A DNA stretch of 64,000 bases from NCBI RefSeq assembly GCF_002113885.1, contig NW_018479853.1, positions 1-64,000 on the forward strand. Direction: 5' to 3'. This document shows positions 62,061 to 64,000 of the stretch, piece by piece. Under the pieces are notes generated by a model. It was not told the DNA's origin. It saw only the letters and a program-made list of their open reading frames with translations, and searched no databases. This DNA comes from Mizuhopecten yessoensis (taxonomy: Eukaryota). Position 1 is the first letter of the stretch. Every line of letters starts with the position of its first letter. A program made the position numbers and the translations under genes.

Positions 62061-62427
62061 ACTAGTATCAGGCCAAAGGGACTATTTCCAGCTATGTTAA
62101 TCTACATAGGAGCCGAGGAGTTATTACATGTACTTTTAATCACTCTACTTATTAATTTAGATGATTAATTAACCTAATTACAGCATGGGGGTCGAAACAT
62201 AGAATATAAGCCTGAAATGTTTTTTCTGAATAAAAATCTCATATTTTTGCATCATTATGCTTAGGTCGATGAAATACAATGTTCTGTATTGCACATGTGC
62301 AATACGGAATGTTGTATTTACCTACTAGCCGGAACTACTTTTTATGGGAACCAGGTATTTGCAAAAATTATCAAATTCATAAAATCTTTGTATCGATCTC
62401 TACCAAATACGTAAGGTATGTGATAAA

Positions 62428-62592
62428 AGCAAGACCACACACTTGTGTTTTTCTAACGAACCAGAAAGCACTCATTTATTGCGCGGACGGATATATTCAC
62501 TAGTGCGCTCCGAGCACTCGTGAATATATTCGTCCGCGCAATAAACTCGTGCTTTCTGATTCGTTAGAAAATCACAAGTGTGTGGTCTTGCA
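62428..62592. mobile_element. Near-perfect hairpin MITE, about 165 bp
   Basis: gcaagaccacacacttgtg...gtgcgctccgagcac...cacaagtgtgtggtcttgc folds back over its whole length. Confidence 0.75.
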
Positions 62593-62814
62593 TATGTATA
62601 CCAACAATTGTCATAGTAAGAACAAGTGGTGTTTTTTCAAATAATTTTATTATGTATGCAAAAATTGAGTCGAAAAAAAATTATGGGAAGTATTTATTTC
62701 GCACAACAAAATATCCTGTGTAGCCAAAAAGGTAAGGGGCTAATACATCTCCCTGGCGTCCACCAGAAAGCAATGCACCTGATTACAGGTAATCGGTAAA
62801 GACATTCGTTGCGA

Positions 62815-64000
62815 AGTCAAAGTGAAAGTCAAAAGTTTTATTTAGAGTCGGTACATGGTATAACAATACACCATTAGCTCTAAGGAGCTATTAAAACCGA
62901 CTAACATACATGACATACACATTGCATAATAAAACAGTTACAAAGTCAATACTTTACTCATACATCACATTTCATTTTCAGCTAGGTTAGCACTATCATT
63001 TGTTAAAAGCACATGTACACAAGTAGCTGTTTAAAATAGCAGATATCAGTCTAAAAACATTGGGTGTAAAAGCATATTTAAAAACCTTGTGTACTTGTAT
63101 GAGAGTAATAAGTGATGCTATGCTATTGTGTGGTATATTATGTAGGTTGTTTGCATGTGACACATTTACATTGTGGTCCGTACCAGCTGTTTATAAGTGT
63201 TTTGAATTGCGAAAGTGTTGTTGCTGTTCGAAAGTGGTCTGGCAGAGAATTCCATATTTTTGGTGCTTCAGATCGAAAAGAGTGTTTGCCAAATTTGGTT
63301 GTTCTTACTTGTGGTATGTCTGCTGTGTTGTGGTATCTAAAGGAGTATGGCTTTTGTGTGGTACTGATGAGGTCATGCAGGTATGTGGGTGTTTGTTTGT
63401 TTGTAATTTTGTATACTTCGATTGCAAAATTTCTGAGGCGTCTAATTTTGAGGGATGGTAATTTTGAGCGGGCCAATAAAACTTCGTATGTACATGTGTG
63501 GTCGTCGTATATGAATCTGAGTGCCCTTTCCTGTATTTTTTCCATTTTTTTGGTGTTTGTTTCGCCACAGAAATGCCATGTGAGGGGACAGAAGTTAAAG
63601 TTTGAGAGGATGAATGAGTGATATATAGTGAGTTTGCCTAGTCTGTTTAAGTGTCTGCCTATTCGTTTTAGTACGTTTAATTGTGTAGATGCTTTTTACA
63701 AGTGTTTGAGATGTGTGTATGAAAGTTTAGTTGGAAATCTATGGTGACACCTAGCAATTTCACTTCTGGTTCGCAGTTAATCAAATTGTTCTGTCCTAAA
63801 CTAAATGTGATATTTTCTTGTGTTTTTTTGCCTATAGCCATTGCCTGGAATTTGGCTGGATTTGCCTGCATGTGGTTGTCTGCGAACGCGTGTATTAGTG
63901 CGTCGCTGTTTGTCTGTAGTGAAGATTTGACTATGTCTAGTGAGGAGTGTGCTTTGGTGAGTGTGTTGTCGTCGGCATAGTTGTACAGGTTTCTTTGTTC
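62815..64000 (-). mobile_element. 3' part of a CR1/L2-group LINE (RT C-terminal half and 3' UTR), frameshifted
   Basis: YNYADDNTL at about 63960-63985, MQANPAKFQ...VKLLGVTIDFQLNF, a frameshift near 63690, KMEKIQERALRFIY...IWNSLP, then AATAAA and an (actttg)n tail at about 62815-62842. Confidence 0.88.

Overview
AT-rich, repeat-dense animal genomic DNA. The repeat families (Helentron/HINE-like ends, tRNA-head SINEs, palindromic MITEs) suggest a bivalve mollusc, which is an inference. Most long ORFs in the track are minisatellite artefacts; the real genes are spliced and were rebuilt by hand from GT-AG sites and phase consistency. They are: three minus-strand paralogues of a Notch-ligand-like family with MNNL/C2, DSL and EGF domains (gene A, partial, 2140-2868; gene B, 22381-28579, 589 aa with a mucin-like stalk and a TM helix; gene C, 30391-47430, about 265 aa, apparently secreted); a plus-strand divergent calumenin-like gene ending in HDEF (11157-20906); and a small secreted PAN/apple-like gene (55658-60457). 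The most striking pattern is that at least six tandem arrays are made of the host gene's own exon/intron junction. The last intron of gene C consists entirely of about 36 copies of its splice donor followed by about 22 copies of its splice acceptor. The window also holds a Penelope-type hammerhead ribozyme in an inverted-repeat insertion, a head-to-head inverted minisatellite, and LINE, SINE and MITE remnants.
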